From Dipteris shenzhenensis (taxonomy: Eukaryota), in the NCBI GenBank assembly GCA_047967505.1, contig CM106538.1: a DNA stretch of 64,000 nt. One strand, 5' to 3'. Below the pieces are notes generated by a model, which had not been told where the DNA came from, did no database searches, and saw only the letters and a program-made list of their open reading frames with translations. Below, piece after piece: positions 11,640 through 24,339 of the stretch; the stretch's first letter is position 1, and each line of letters opens with the position of its first letter. Made by a program: the position numbers and the translations under genes.

Positions 11640-13631
11640 TTATGTGAAAATGATAGTGCCAGAAAGTAAACTTTTGATTCTCGAATGACAGTTTCATAAA
11701 GTAAACTTTTCAGTTGGGAAGGATTTTAAGGAATAGTCCAAAAGTAGACATATGAGTCCAAAATTAATGAAATAAGTGTTTAGAGGGACTTTTGGGAGAT
11801 GATGGAAAGCAGTGTGGTTGCACCAGGCATCCTAGAGCATGTAGAGTCCCTGTGTAAATGGTTTTGGGCTTGGGATATTTTTATCTTCAGATGTGTCCTT
11901 TTGTGTTCCTCAGAGAAGTTTTTTTTCTATCACTCAGAGAGCTTCCCGTTAATGTGGAGTCTACATTTGTGAAGTATATGTGCCCTGGGTGAGTGCCTAT
12001 GACAGGAATGTGGGTTTTTATGGGCTTGAGGAGGTTTGTCATCAGTGAAATTTGAAGTGGAGGTGCTAGATTGTGCCTTGGTACTAGTATTTCTTCAGTG
12101 TGTGGGTAGAGTGGTCTTAAAAAATGATGATGTGGCTATTTGTGAGAGAAGGCAATCCATGCAAGCAAGCATGGTTACGTAAAAGGAAAGAAGAGCTTCT
12201 GGAGAAAAAAAGAACATGTACGTGGAAAAGGTGGCGAAAAGATGGTCTTGGAAGGTAGTATGTGGGCACACGAAGGATCGACACAGAGGAAAGAGCTACT
12301 GGAGAGTCCGGAAGAGGAGGTACTACTAGACAAAGAAGGGCGACACGCATGTTCTAGGAGGAGGAAGCTATTGCAGGGTGACAAAACGCGGGGTTTCAGC
12401 TTGCTGGAGAAGGCAGAGGTCATAAAGCTTGGGAGGTCACTGTTGTGGTGTGGTTATTGTGTAGCACGGTGAACCTTGGGTGATAGGATTCTGATAAGGG
12501 CTTCATGAGTTCTGTGAGTTAGGGAAGTCGATTGGGAGCTTCGCGACTTGGCTGGAGATATCTACTAAGGAGGACAAGGAGCTCGTGGAGGGAGTCCCCA
12601 GCTAGGTGTGGCAAACTGTGTGGATGGAGGCCTCTTGATGAAGGGGTCATCACGTGTAAAGAGCAGAACTCTTCAAGTCTCTGTTGCAAAGTGAGAAGCA
12701 TTACTACAGGTGGAGAAGAGCTCTGAGAAAAGATTCAAGCATCGTGGGCACCCAGAGGATCTTAGAGGGCAGAGAGGAGCTCTAGAAGAGAGCACAGGTC
12801 ACTGCTGAGTGGCTAGAAGGAGCTCAGAAGCATCAGGGCCAAGATTAGATAGAGAAGGAGATCTTTTGATGGGAGCTCTGAAGCAAGGGAGAGCGGCTGC
12901 AGTGTGGACGTGATTACAGACTGTAGGGTCTAGAGGGAGGCCAAAAATATATGAGGCATGGGAGAGGCTTGAGTGCGAGAAGGAACAAACGGGGATGGGT
13001 CGCTACTAGACGAGTTGGAGAGACCTTGGCTGTGAAGAGCTTTGGGAGTTGGCGTTGTTACTATGCGGCCAGGGAGATCCTTGGATGATGCGGGTGGACT
13101 ATGGCTTGGTAGAAATCTTGAGGGCTTGGTTGTATCTCGGTCATGGAGAGTCTTGGAGAGATAATGGGCCAGGAGGGAGATTTGATGAGATGATAACCAT
13201 ATGATAAAGACTGATTGCCACGTATAAAATAGCCATAGCAACTCTAAAGAGGCAAGAGACTAGGATAATCTGGTTGCAAAGAGGTGTGGAGTCTCTTCAA
13301 TCCGATGAAGTGAGTGGGAGATCTGAAGTTTGCTTCTAAGTGGATTCAAGAAGAGTTGTGGTGATTATACTAAGCTGATCTAAAGAGAGCGTGGAAGCTC
13401 TACATAATTCAGTAAAAGGAAGAGCGCCACTGTTGATGATTTCCTCTCTTTGTAAGCCTACCATGAGTACGTATTGTGGTAAATCATTACTATATGCATA
13501 TGCTATGTTTTCCAATTCTCATTGTTAAAGATTGATTTTGTAGTGAGTATCACATTGGATTGCGAATTGAGGAATTGTTACCTAGCAAACTCACATTGGA
13601 TTGTGAATTGAGGCATTTTTACCGAGCAAAC
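11640..13631 (+). mobile_element. Possible LTR or retroelement non-coding relic, ending in a 41-bp tandem duplication
   Basis: Purine-skewed non-coding block with no convincing ORF. TCACATTGGATTG(C/T)GAATTGAGG...GCAAAC occurs twice (13550-13631). No PBS or second LTR identified. Confidence 0.25.
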
Positions 13632-13691
13632 TCAGTCGCAGGTGACTATGGCAACATATGAGAGTAAGTCAAAATAATGTGTTGTAGGATA

Positions 13692-13845
13692 TGTGTGTGT
13701 GCGCACGCGCACGCGTGTGTGTGTGTGTGTGTGTGTGTGTTTGTGTGTGTGACTGTGCATGCACGTGCATGCGTGTGTGCGTGCATGTGCATGTGCATGC
13801 GTGCACATGCATGTGTATTTGCATGTGTGTGTGCATGTGTGCATG

Positions 13846-13922
<77 letters not shown>
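13692..13922. repeat. Compound (TG)n/(TGCA)/(GA)n microsatellite
   Basis: Directly visible. Confidence 0.97.
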
Positions 13923-13924
<2 letters not shown>

Positions 13925-13956
13925 TTGACAACTATAAATTGGCATGCATATCAATA

Positions 13957-14413
13957 AGAAAACTTATAAGAACTTTAGAGGCCATCACCCAAGAGTCGGC
14001 AGACATTTTAGAGAACACCTCGACAATAAGAGTTTGAGTTCCACAACAGCAAGATGGCTACAGATACGGCTGAAGAAAGCCCCTAAATGCCCAATCGTTA
14101 TTGCATACAATTTTTAATTTGCCCTCATAAAATGTATGTATCAACTGCTTTTCATGATATATATAACTTCCATTTCTCATTCTACAAGATCTTACTTTAT
14201 ATTTTGCATTTTTTGTAGATTCCACGATTAAGCGACTACTCTGACCTGGGTGTGGAGCTATTTAGACAATAGTGCGTTGAAGATATTATCAACAACATCC
14301 AGAATTGGCCACTCGATGCCCCTATTAATTGGGTTCCCCCTGCTCCACGAGTGTGGAGACCACCACCTCCTCTATTCAATTTCGGAAGGAAATTCGTTCC
14401 TGATTTTGTATAA
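13957..14413 (+). pseudogene. Ulp1/Peptidase_C48-like protease C-terminal relic (two exons)
   Basis: Frame from 13981 reads AITQESADILENTSTIRV*VPQQQDGYRYG*, resembling the PQQxNGxDCG catalytic motif with TGC>TAC at the Cys. A second exon after TTTGTAG reads IPRLSDYSDLGVELFRQ*CVEDII. Confidence 0.5.
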
Positions 14414-15649
14414 GTACCTCCTAACTAGTCTCTACCAGCCATGTGTTTAGAGAGGATTGGCTTTATAAAATATCTGACATTGACAATATTTGGCATTGTA
14501 CAATATTTTACATTGAAAATGTTGGCAACTCATTCTTTAAAATTTTCCATATATCTTACTTTATTTTTTTATTTCATATGTTTCATTGTAACTTCAATTG
14601 TTAAGTTTTTTAAACAAAGTGAATAGGTTCCCACGTGAGTTTTCAGCAGTATTTGATTAAATGGGAAAAACAAGGGCTAACGTTAACCAAAGAAATTAAA
14701 TATTAAGGTGGCACATTCTGATGTTTTGTTGCTGTGTGAATCTTCCACAAAAACATGTGAGCAATGTCCAAATTAATGTTTCTTGGAGCAAACATTGCTA
14801 TTTTTAATTCAATTATGATTCATAGGGCCAATAATGTGATGTAGAGCATTGCGTTTCATTTGCTTTCTCTTCATCACGGTGAAATAGAATATCCACATAT
14901 CAAAATAAATACAGAATGTCACACATGGCCGATGATTTACGTAAGTGCAAATCCTGAATCTCTCATCCGATGATTTACGCAAGTGCAAATCCTGATGTGC
15001 ACAGGCTCTAATCATCTCCATCCTAATCAGAATTGTCCCCCCCACACAATGTGCCCTCGAAGTCATGATAATGGCTGGATACTCCCCGAGATAGAGAATC
15101 CTCAGGGTCAGAATGGAGTGATAGAAACTTTAGAGACTGGAGACGAATTCGTCTTGAACACACTATTCAAAATTTTTGGACTTTTTTTTTGGAGCATATC
15201 CTCTCCACTCAACTTCACTTAGTGAGCTAAAAAATTGGGTTTTTTAGAGCACTAAATGGGTCACTTATATACAAATATGGCCTTATTAAGCTAAAAAGTC
15301 AAGTGGTGACCTCTAATTTTTAAAAAAATGGCTCAGTGAAGCTATAATTCCCAAACTCGTGCATGGTGCCCCCATCCAATAACTATAATAATAATAATAG
15401 TAGTCTCCTAACTCAAGTTCAATTTTAACACTATGAAGTGAAAATATGACACCATATGAAAAGAGTTTGTTGAATTTAACATATAAGTGGTGTATAGATA
15501 CCCATTTTTTTGAAAAAAAAGAGTTTGTTGAATTCAATATCTAAGTGGTGTATAGATACACCCTTTTTTTGAAAAACAAACCATACAATAAATTATCTTA
15601 TTGGTGGTGTATAGATACACCATTTGTATGGAAAAAAGCATACAAAACA

Positions 15650-18600
15650 TTATCTTATGCATCTGAATCTCGTTCAGAGTCATCAGATTCATGTAATGTA
15701 TTTGCGCTTGATGGGTCAAGTCTTGCCAAACGATGTTTAAAATGAACACGACTTGGATCGGGGATTGTGGTACATTTTTCAACATTGTATCCATGCTTCA
15801 TTTTAAAACTTCGTGTCTTTGATTTCTAGCAATGAATAATGCTACTGACTTCCACCTCTATTAATCCCTCATTATTTGGAACCCATTCACGTTTCTTTTG
15901 CAAGCATCCCTCATAGAGTTGTTTTATTGTATATCTTCTCCGGAGATTTTTCAATGGCTTTGGTTCATACCATAAAGCTATAAATGTTATAGGAGTTCCC
16001 TTGTCATCCCTTTCTATCTTAGCAACCTTTGCAATCCAAATTGGGCCACCTTGGTCATCCAACTTTGAACCTGGATCAAATGCCCAAACTGCAACAAATA
16101 GACCCTCTTCAATCTCATTAGATGGTATAAACTCTGGTAAGGGTTTGTCTCCCTTCCTGCCACAATATTTTTGAGGTAAAAGGCATTCCTCTACTTCCTC
16201 CATATCTACTAACATATTTATATCCAAAGGAAAACTTCGTGACCTAGCTTGTTCCAGCCAAAAGGATTCACAGTATTTAATGCTCATTAAGTTTTATTGT
16301 CTTTCTAAAGATTGGATAAGTTCTTCAGTTGATTTAATTGTCTCCAAATTCTTAGTTGATTGCTCAAGATATTTTTGCATCATACTTTGAAGATGTTTAA
16401 TGAAGGATTTCAAGCCTTTCATTTCATCTATGTCAAGTGATTTGTTTTTTGCAAGAACAAATCTAGTTTCCTCCAATGGAATTATTCGTTGTAATAAAGC
16501 ATATGACTCACTCCATAAATGATCTCCATCTACTGAGCAGTGCTTCCATTGCATCACTGGAATATTGTTATGCATGTGAAACCGAAAGTAGTGTGGATTT
16601 GTGTGTCCTATTAGGGCATCATCTCCTATTTGTAAATGTGGCTCTATCAATGCTCTCCAATCTACCATCCTCTCTAAGATAGCCACTTCTGATTCTTCCT
16701 TGCGAGAACCTCCAATTTTTTTCCCAATTCGAAATAGCATATCCTCCATTGTCAAAACATCCATTGCCTTCAACTCACCAGAGATAACACTGAAGATTTG
16801 ATCTATGTCTTCATGTGTATGGCCGACAAGAAGAAAGCTATGAATAAGTTTTTCTTTCACCTTTGCCCAGATGGTCCAGTATGTGCCATGTGATAGTCCA
16901 GTTAACCATTGATATCCTCGATTACAAATGGGTCTCCCATTAACCATGGGTTTCAATCTAGGTTTATAGTGTCTTGTGCTCGAATCTTGATTAGTGCCTT
17001 GATGAAGAAAGCATGAAAACTCTTGAAGAAGATAGTTATGTCTATTAGGCACTGTCTTACTCCAAATACCAAGGCATATGGCTGCACAATCATCTTTCCC
17101 AACTTTTCTAATGCAAAGTCTCTTGCAACAAACTTGCATAAGCATCCTTTCCATATTCTCCTCGGATAGCATCACATGTCTCTTTGGTTCTGGAATTGAT
17201 GCCATGATTCTTCGCCTCTTCACACCTCACATACTTTCTTTTTGTAAATAGTGTCTTGCGTTCTCTAGTTATAAGACCATCAAACCTCGAATCCATTTCC
17301 CTTGAATCTTCATCTTTATAATCAAATGCTATGTGGGCTTGAGAATTATTTGGTACCTTATAATATCTTGGAAATGGCAATCTGGTAGACATGTTCATTG
17401 ATGTCAATTTGTTGCCAATGCCTCTTGAATTTTGTGGTTGAACTGTTTCTCCTTCGTAACTCAAGATTCTCCCATCTATATTCTCTGGCATGCTAGCAAC
17501 AATATTATGAACAACATGACAAGTCTCAAATTCTCTGCCCCTTTTGCCTTGTGTTCGAGTCTTGTGTTCGAGTGGTAACATCATGATCATTGTCACTAAT
17601 ATCATCAATTCATGTTATTGCATCACTTATCCCATCGATCTTTGCATGTATTTTTCTTTGTGGTCCCATCTTATTATTCTCAACACAAGACAAGTCTTCT
17701 ATATCAATAAGCATGTTTGAGTCACTTGCAGCACAAGACAAGTCTTCTATACCAGTGAGCCTGTTCGAGTCACTTGCAACACATGACAAGTCTTCTATAC
17801 CAGTGAGCCTGTTTGAGTCACTTGCAACACATGACAAGTCTTCTATACCAGTGAGCCTGTTCGAGTCACTTGCAACACAAGACAAGTCTTCTATACTAGT
17901 GAGTATATTTGAGTCACTTGCAACACAAGAAACCTTTTCTACATCAACATCTATTACTATAATGTCCTCAATACCTATGAGCATACCACTATGATACTCT
18001 TGATTACTACTATAGCTTCTTATCAATTTGGATCCCATTTGTGTTATAGTCTTTTTCTTCTGATAATATTCCGTTGTGTCTTCCATGACATTGAAGGAAA
18101 CTGTCTTGGGCAAACTTGATTTCATAAAAGCTAACCCCCATTTACAAGTACTATGAACTTGTAGTTGAGACGTAGTATTATGGACGTCTAAATGTGAAGT
18201 ACTATCCATTGCATTTTGAATGACACCTGCACTAGTCAACTTAATTATCTCCACTATATAGAGAAAACTCTGAGCATAGCCCTTAAAGTTGCCAATTGCT
18301 AAAACTTCTCCGGAGCAAGATAACATCTCTACTTTTTTCCCCTCAAAATAAGTATTCTTGATATCTTGAAAGTATGTCTTTGAAACAATTTCGTCTTGGT
18401 CCCAGAGTGTTTTGTGTGCTTTCATATCAAATATGTCACATTGTAAGATATCTCCCAATGTTTCAAAGTCTCCATGTGGATATTTTAAATGTACTTCAGG
18501 ATTTACAACATTGGTGATTATCACTACACATCTTCTCTCACCACAATGTTGGAAATGACACACATTCATAGGATCAAGACTATGAATTCATCCAAAAGCC

Positions 18601-18655
18601 ACCACTCCATTCTTCTTATATAACACCACATCCATACCCTCTGTTAGGGTGAATA
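15650..18655 (-). pseudogene. Second, divergent copy of the Sola1/DUF7869-type transposase, with an internal deletion, stops and frameshifts
   Basis: Collinear with copy 1: GMDVVL..GVVAF, CHFQHCGE, CCKRLC, NGRPICN..TGLSHGTYW, FLLVGHTHEDIDQIFS, ALIGHTNPHYFRF, WIAKVAKI..WYEPK, GYNVE. Confidence 0.85.
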
Positions 18656-18764
18656 CCTGTTTTATGTACAAAAATAGATTAGCAACTCAAAATGAACATA
18701 ATAAATAATCATTGAGCTTATTATTACTTAATAACTTCTATATCAAAACTAGCAGAGAAGGCAT

Positions 18765-18990
18765 TAAACCTAAACCCTACATCCTAAACTTTAAATAATT
18801 AATACCAAAACATCTTAACCACCGTAAATCCTAAACTTTAAACATTTAATTCCTAAACCCTAAACCCTAAATCCTAAACTCCTAAACAATAAATCCTAAA
18901 CCTTAAACCCTAAACTCTAAATCATAAACCCTAAATCTTAAATCCTAAACCCTAAATCTTAAATCTTAAACCCTAAACCTTAACCCTAAA
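18765..18990 (-). repeat. Degenerate telomere-like array (CCCTAAA/TCCTAAA on +)
   Basis: CCTAAACCCTAAACCCTAAATCCTAAA runs. Confidence 0.9.
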
Positions 18991-18999
18991 ATACAACCA

Positions 19000-19560
19000 A
19001 AATTTAATGATTTTTTTAAGTTTGTGCAATAGGTTGGATATATCCCCCAACCTGTTGCTTGAGCAACAGGTTGGATATATCAAGCAATAGGTTGGGGGAT
19101 ATATCCAACCTGTTGCACAAATCAAGAATTTTTCTTATTTGTGCAACAATTTGATATACAGTTGGGGAATATATCCAACCTACAACTCAAAAATTTTCTT
19201 GATTTATGTAAGGTTGGATATACCCCCAACCTGTTGCTCAAGCAACAGGTTGGGAGGTATATCCAACCTGTTGCACAAATCAAGAATTTTCTTAATTTGT
19301 GCATCAGGTTGGGGGTACCCCCCAACCTGTTGCTTGAGCAATAGGTTGGAGGCTGTTGTTGGATATATCCCCCAACCTATTGCTTGAGCAACAGGTTGGG
19401 GGGTATATCTAACTTGTTGCTCAAGCAACAGGTTGGGGGGTATATCCAACCTGTTGCACAAATCAATAAAATTCCTTGATATTTACAATAGGTTTAGTGC
19501 ACCATTAACCTATTCGACTTGCAACAGTTTGGAGGATATATCAAACCTATTGCACAAATG
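19000..19560. repeat. Cluster of hairpin motifs CAACCTGTTGC(TTGA/TCAA)GCAACAGGTTG
   Basis: More than ten full or half copies in both orientations, with GGATATATCC spacers. Confidence 0.92.
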
Positions 19561-19589
19561 GAAAAAAATCATAAAATTTTGATTGTATT

Positions 19590-20010
19590 TTAGGGTTAAA
19601 GTTTAGGGTTTAGTATTTAGGGTTAAGGATTTAGGGCTTAGGATTTAAGATTTAGTGTTTAGGGTTTCGTGTTTATGATTGTCTTTAGGGTTAGGGTTTA
19701 GGATTTAGGGTTTAGGGTTAAGGGTTTAAAATCTAGGGTTTAGGGTTTAGGATTTAGCATTTAGGGTTTATGATTATTGTTTTAGGGTTTAGGATTTAGG
19801 ATTTAAGTTTTAGGTTTCAGGGTTTAGTATATAAGATCATGAGCTTAGAGTCTAGAATCTTGGGTTTAGAATTGAAAATTAGGTTCTAGAATTTAAGTTA
19901 TAGGGGTTAGGGTTTAAGGTCTAGGGATTATAACTGTTATATAAGTTTAAGAGCTTAGATTGTATAACCTAAGATTTAGGGAACTTTAGGATTTAAGATT
20001 TAGGGTGTAA
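19590..20010 (+). repeat. Degenerate telomere-like array (TTTAGGG/TTTAGGA)
   Basis: TTTAGGGTTAGGGTTTAGGATTTAGGG runs, decaying to the right. Confidence 0.88.
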
Positions 20011-20110
20011 GATTTAAGATATATAGACTATATAAAATATGCATTCTAAAGTATTTAGTTTAGATATATATAGACTATATGTTATATGCTTTCCAAAGTG
20101 TTTTGTTTAT

Positions 20111-20630
20111 AGGTATAATCCATTGCAAAGGCTTTACTTTAAGTAAGTATAAGTCTACCTAGTCAAAGTATCCTACTGATTAGGGATAAGCACATAGACT
20201 AAAAGCACACCGATTCATATTTTCTTACATTCATGCTGCATGGTGTATCAAAAGGTACAATCCTTTGAAAAGGCTTTACTTTAAGTAGTCATAAGTCTAC
20301 CTAGTCAAAGAATCCTACTGATTAGGGACAAGTACATAGGCTAAAAGCACATCGATTCATATTTTCTTACATTCATGCTGCATGGTGTATCAGAAGAAAT
20401 TAAAAAGTATGTGATAAGAAATATTCAAAAGAAATATGTATTCCATATCATGGATACCATGGATATCTGGTGGTTGCTAAAGTAAAAAAATGATATGGAT
20501 GCAATGATACTGTAGTCTTCTAGATTCTATGGTTTTAAATACCTACCTTACAAATACATTATCTAAATTTTCATTCTATTCTATGGTTTTAAATACCTAC
20601 CTTACAAATACATTATCTAATTTTTCATTC
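20111..20630 (+). repeat. ~142-bp and ~53-bp local tandem duplications
   Basis: AAAGGCTTTACTTTAAGTA...GCTGCATGGTGTATCA occurs twice; TTCTATGGTTTTAAATACCTACCTTACAAATACATTATCTAA occurs twice. Confidence 0.9.
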
Positions 20631-21147
20631 TTCGACTAACTAACAAGTATTATACACATGGAATAAAAGCATACATGCTAAAAGTAAGTGTGTAAAATTT
20701 AATATTTTCTTACTTTTTAAATTAATTCAATTCTTTTATTGACTACTTTTTAAAATTGAAAGGTTGTTAGTATATAATCTACATAATTTTAAATGTTATT
20801 AATGTATAATATTAATTATTTATATATTTATTTACATTTATATAATAATTAATTTATATTTATATTAGTTTATAAGTTAATAATGTATAGAATAGCAATA
20901 TATTCACTAATTCTTCATTGTTTTAAGAGTAAGTATTATATAAAGCACATATGCTAGAAGACCTCCCTTTCAAGTTATATTTTTTTGATCAATGTATTTA
21001 TATATTTATTTATATAATAATTATATAATATTTATAATAATTTATAGATTAATAATATATATTTTTAGCAAAATTATATTTTAACATTAGTTAATAAAAA
21101 TTTATTATATTATGGAGTAAAAATATTATAAATGGATTTCTTATATT

Positions 21148-21770
21148 AATAAAGTGTCGTGAGAAGAGTTTTTTGAAAAGATTTATGATTAAATTTTGTT
21201 TTGAAGTTGTTCCATACGCAATAGTTAGGGACATTTGAGTGGTTTTGAGGTTGAGAGAGAAAGTTGTAATAAAGTGTCGTGAGAAGAGTTTTTTGGAGAG
21301 ATTTATGATTAATTTTTGTTTTGAAGTTGTTGCGTACGCAATAGGTAGGGAGGTTTGAGTGGTTTTGAGGTTGAGAGAGAAATGTGTAATAGATTGTTTT
21401 TTTCTTAAAGGAGTTTTTTGGAGAGATTTATGATTAAATTTTGTTTTGAAGTTGTTGCGTACGCAATAGGTAGGGAGGTTTAAGTGGTTTTGAGGTTGAG
21501 AGAGAAATTTGTAATAGATTGTTTTTTTTTGTTGATGAGTTTTTTGGAGGGATTTATGATTAAATTTTGTTTTGAAGTTGTTGCATACGCAATAGGTAGG
21601 GTTTGAGTGGTTTTGAGGTTGAGAGAGAAATTTGTAATAGATTGTTTTTTTTTTTTTGAGGAGTTTTTTGGAGAGATTTATGATTAAATTTTGTTTTGAA
21701 GTTGTTGCATAAGCAATAGGTAGGGAGGTTCGAGTGGTTTTGAGGTTGAGAGAGAAATTTATAATAGAAT
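21148..21770 (+). repeat. ~120-bp tandem repeat, 5 copies
   Basis: GATTTATGATTAAATTTTGTTTTGAAGTTGTTGCGTACGCAATAGGTAGGG...GAGGTTGAGAGAGAAA repeated five times. Confidence 0.93.
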
Positions 21771-22185
21771 AGGTTAGGAGAGAAATTTCTAAAAATAGGT
21801 TGTGAGAGTTTGAGGTAAAGAGAAAAATTTATGGGAAAAAAGATTTAATGCAAAAATGGTTTTTTAAGTTATTGTGTACACACAAGTTTTTGAGAAAAGG
21901 ATCGGATTTGAAAAAAAATTCAAATTTATAAAAACTTGATTCTTAGAAGTTCTTACGTACACAATAGGTTAGAAATGAAGTCACCTCTTGCAACATTTTG
22001 AAAATTTTTGAGAATCCTGCAACAGGTTGATGAGAGGAGAGAAGCGTGGAGTGTAAGCGAATGATCTTTGAATGAAAGAGAGAATGAAGAATGTTCTACT
22101 TATAGTGAACCTAAAAGAACTAAAAAAACTTTAAAAACTAAAAAAATCTAACTTGACCTAAAAGCTACCGATTTCCTATAAAACT

Positions 22186-23990
22186 CTACTTCTCCTCATT
22201 CTCTCTCACAACTCTCCTTATTCTCTCTCGCAACTTTCCTGGAGCTCCACCACCTCTCCACCCAGGTACTCCCTCCCTCCCTCCCTCTCGTCCCTCCCCT
22301 CCTGCTTCCCATCCCCTCTTCTCCTGCTTCCTCTCTCCCCTCCTTTCCCCTCTCCTCCCTTCCCTCCCTTGCCCTCCCCTCCCCCTCCCTTCCCCTCTCC
22401 TCCCCCTTCTTCTCTTGCTTCCTCTCTCCCCCTCCCTTCCCCTCTCCTCCCGCTTCTCCCCTCCCTCCTTCGGCTTCCTCTCCTCCCCTCCCTTCCCCTC
22501 TCCTCCCCCTTCCCCTCTCCTGCATTCCGCCTTCCCCTCTCCTCCCTGCCTTCCCTTCTGCTCCCCCTCCCTTCCCCTCCTCTCCCTCCTCGCTGGCCCT
22601 TCCCCCTCCCTTCCTCTCCCTCTGCCTCCCTGCAGGCCCCTCCCTCCTTGCCGTCCCTCCCTTCCCCCCCCTCCCCGCGGCCCCTCGCTCCCCTTCCCCA
22701 CCATCCCTCCCTTCCCCCCCTCCTGTGCCCCCGCCCCGCCCCCTTCCCCTCCCCCGTGCCCCCCCTCCCCCACCCCGCCCCCTTACCCTCCCCCGCGTCC
22801 CCCTCCCCCTCCCCCTCCCTCGCCCCGCCCCGCCCCCTTCCCCTCCCCCACGCCCCCCCTCCTCCTCCCCCGCCCCCTTCCCCTCCCCCTTCCCCCCCCC
22901 CCTGTTGAGCCGACGGAGAGGCGGGGGAGGGGAGGGGCACGGGGGAGGGGCAGGGGCAGGGGAAGGGGGAGGGGTAGGGGCAAGGAAAGGGGAGGGGGCG
23001 GGGGCGGGGCAGGGGCGAGGGGGAGGGGAGGGGGAGGGGGCGGGGCGGGGGAGGGGAGGGGGAGGGGGGGCCCCCTCCCCCTCCCCGCCCCACCCCCTGC
23101 CGCTCTCCGCGCCCTCCCCCTCCCTCCCGCCCCTCCCCCGTGCCCCTCCCCTGTGCCCCTCGCCCTCCCCTCCCTCCCCCGAGGGCGGGGGATGGGGCGC
23201 AGCGGGGAGGGGGAGGGGGAGGGCCCCCCCTGTTGCGCGCGCAACAGGTGGGGGGGGGGATGGATCCCCCCCACCTGTTGCACACGCAACAGGGGGGAGG
23301 GAGGGGAGGGCGAGGGGCACGGGGGAGGGGGAGCTCACGAGGAGGGGGGGAGGGGAGGGGTGCAGGGGAGGGAGAGGGGGCAGGGGGGGAGGGGGAGGGC
23401 AGGCAGGGAGGGGGCCCCCCCTATTGAGTGCACAACATGGGGAAGGGGGAGGGCGAGGGGCACGGGGAGGTGGAAGGGAGGGGGGTGCGGGGAGGGGGGG
23501 GGCAAGGGCACGAGGGAGGGGGAGGGAAAGGGGCGGGGGAGGGGGAGCGGCCGGGTTGGGGGGGGGGTAACCCCCCCATCCACGTGTTGTGCACGCAACA
23601 GGAGGGAGGGGGGGTGAGGGCGCGGGAGGGAAAGGGGCAGGGAAGGCGGGAGGGGGAAGGGAGGAGAGGGGGGTTAAGGGGGAAATTCCCCCCCACCCAC
23701 TTGTTGCGCACGCAAGAGGGGGGAGGGGAGGCGCAGGAGCAGGAGGGGAAGGGGAGGGGCACGGGGAAGGGGCAGGGGCAGGGGAGGGGGAAACGAGGCA
23801 GGGAGGGGAGGGGAGGTTGGGGGGGTTGGGAAGCGGAGGGGCAGGGGAAGGGGTGGGGATGAGGGAGGGGAGGGGGGTCAACCCCCCACTTGTTGCACAC
23901 ACAACAGGGGGAAGGGGGGCAGGGGAGGGGAGGGGAAGGGGAGGGGCACAGGGAAGGGACATGGGCGGGGAGGCGGGAAGGGGGAGGTGG
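22186..23990. repeat. Very GC-rich pyrimidine-then-purine tract with CCTGTTGC-N4-GCAACAGG palindromes at C/G switch points
   Basis: For example CCTGTTGCGCGCGCAACAGG at ~23229 and CCTGTTGCACACGCAACAGG at ~23274, with variants at ~23420, 23585, 23700 and 23890. Confidence 0.9.
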
Positions 23991-24339
23991 ATGAAAAGAA
24001 TTAATTAACTTAATTTATTTTAAAAAAATAAAAAAGTTAAAATAAATAAAACTTACAAAAATTTAAAAAATTAAATTAAATTTTAAATATAAAAATAAAC
24101 TAATTAACTTTGTACTTGGTCATCGGGTAGACTACCTTAGTACCCATCCAGGATCGAGAGTGGGACATGGTAGGATGGGGCATCTAGAGCATCAGCGGCG
24201 TTGATGCGAGGCACCAGAGCTGCACACTATCCCTGCACCGGCATTGCAAGCTATTGGAGGATGGATTAGGGGGGATGTTCATTCAATGGCCTCATCCTTG
24301 CATGACATGGTCTCTGTCCTATTGAGATAACTTTCGATT

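Larger units (their letters stand above)
13632..15153 (+). repeat. Direct duplicate of 41174-43131 with large indels
   Basis: Shared start TCAGTCGCA(G/A)GTGACTATGGCAAC and shared end GGAGACGAATTCGTC. This copy lacks ~42222-43002. Confidence 0.92.

Noticed and set aside
13550-13631. tRNA primer-binding site after a putative LTR
   Set aside because: No convincing complementarity to a tRNA 3' end could be recognised.
13632-13957. Cys/Val or His/Thr-rich ORFs
   Set aside because: Microsatellite translations.
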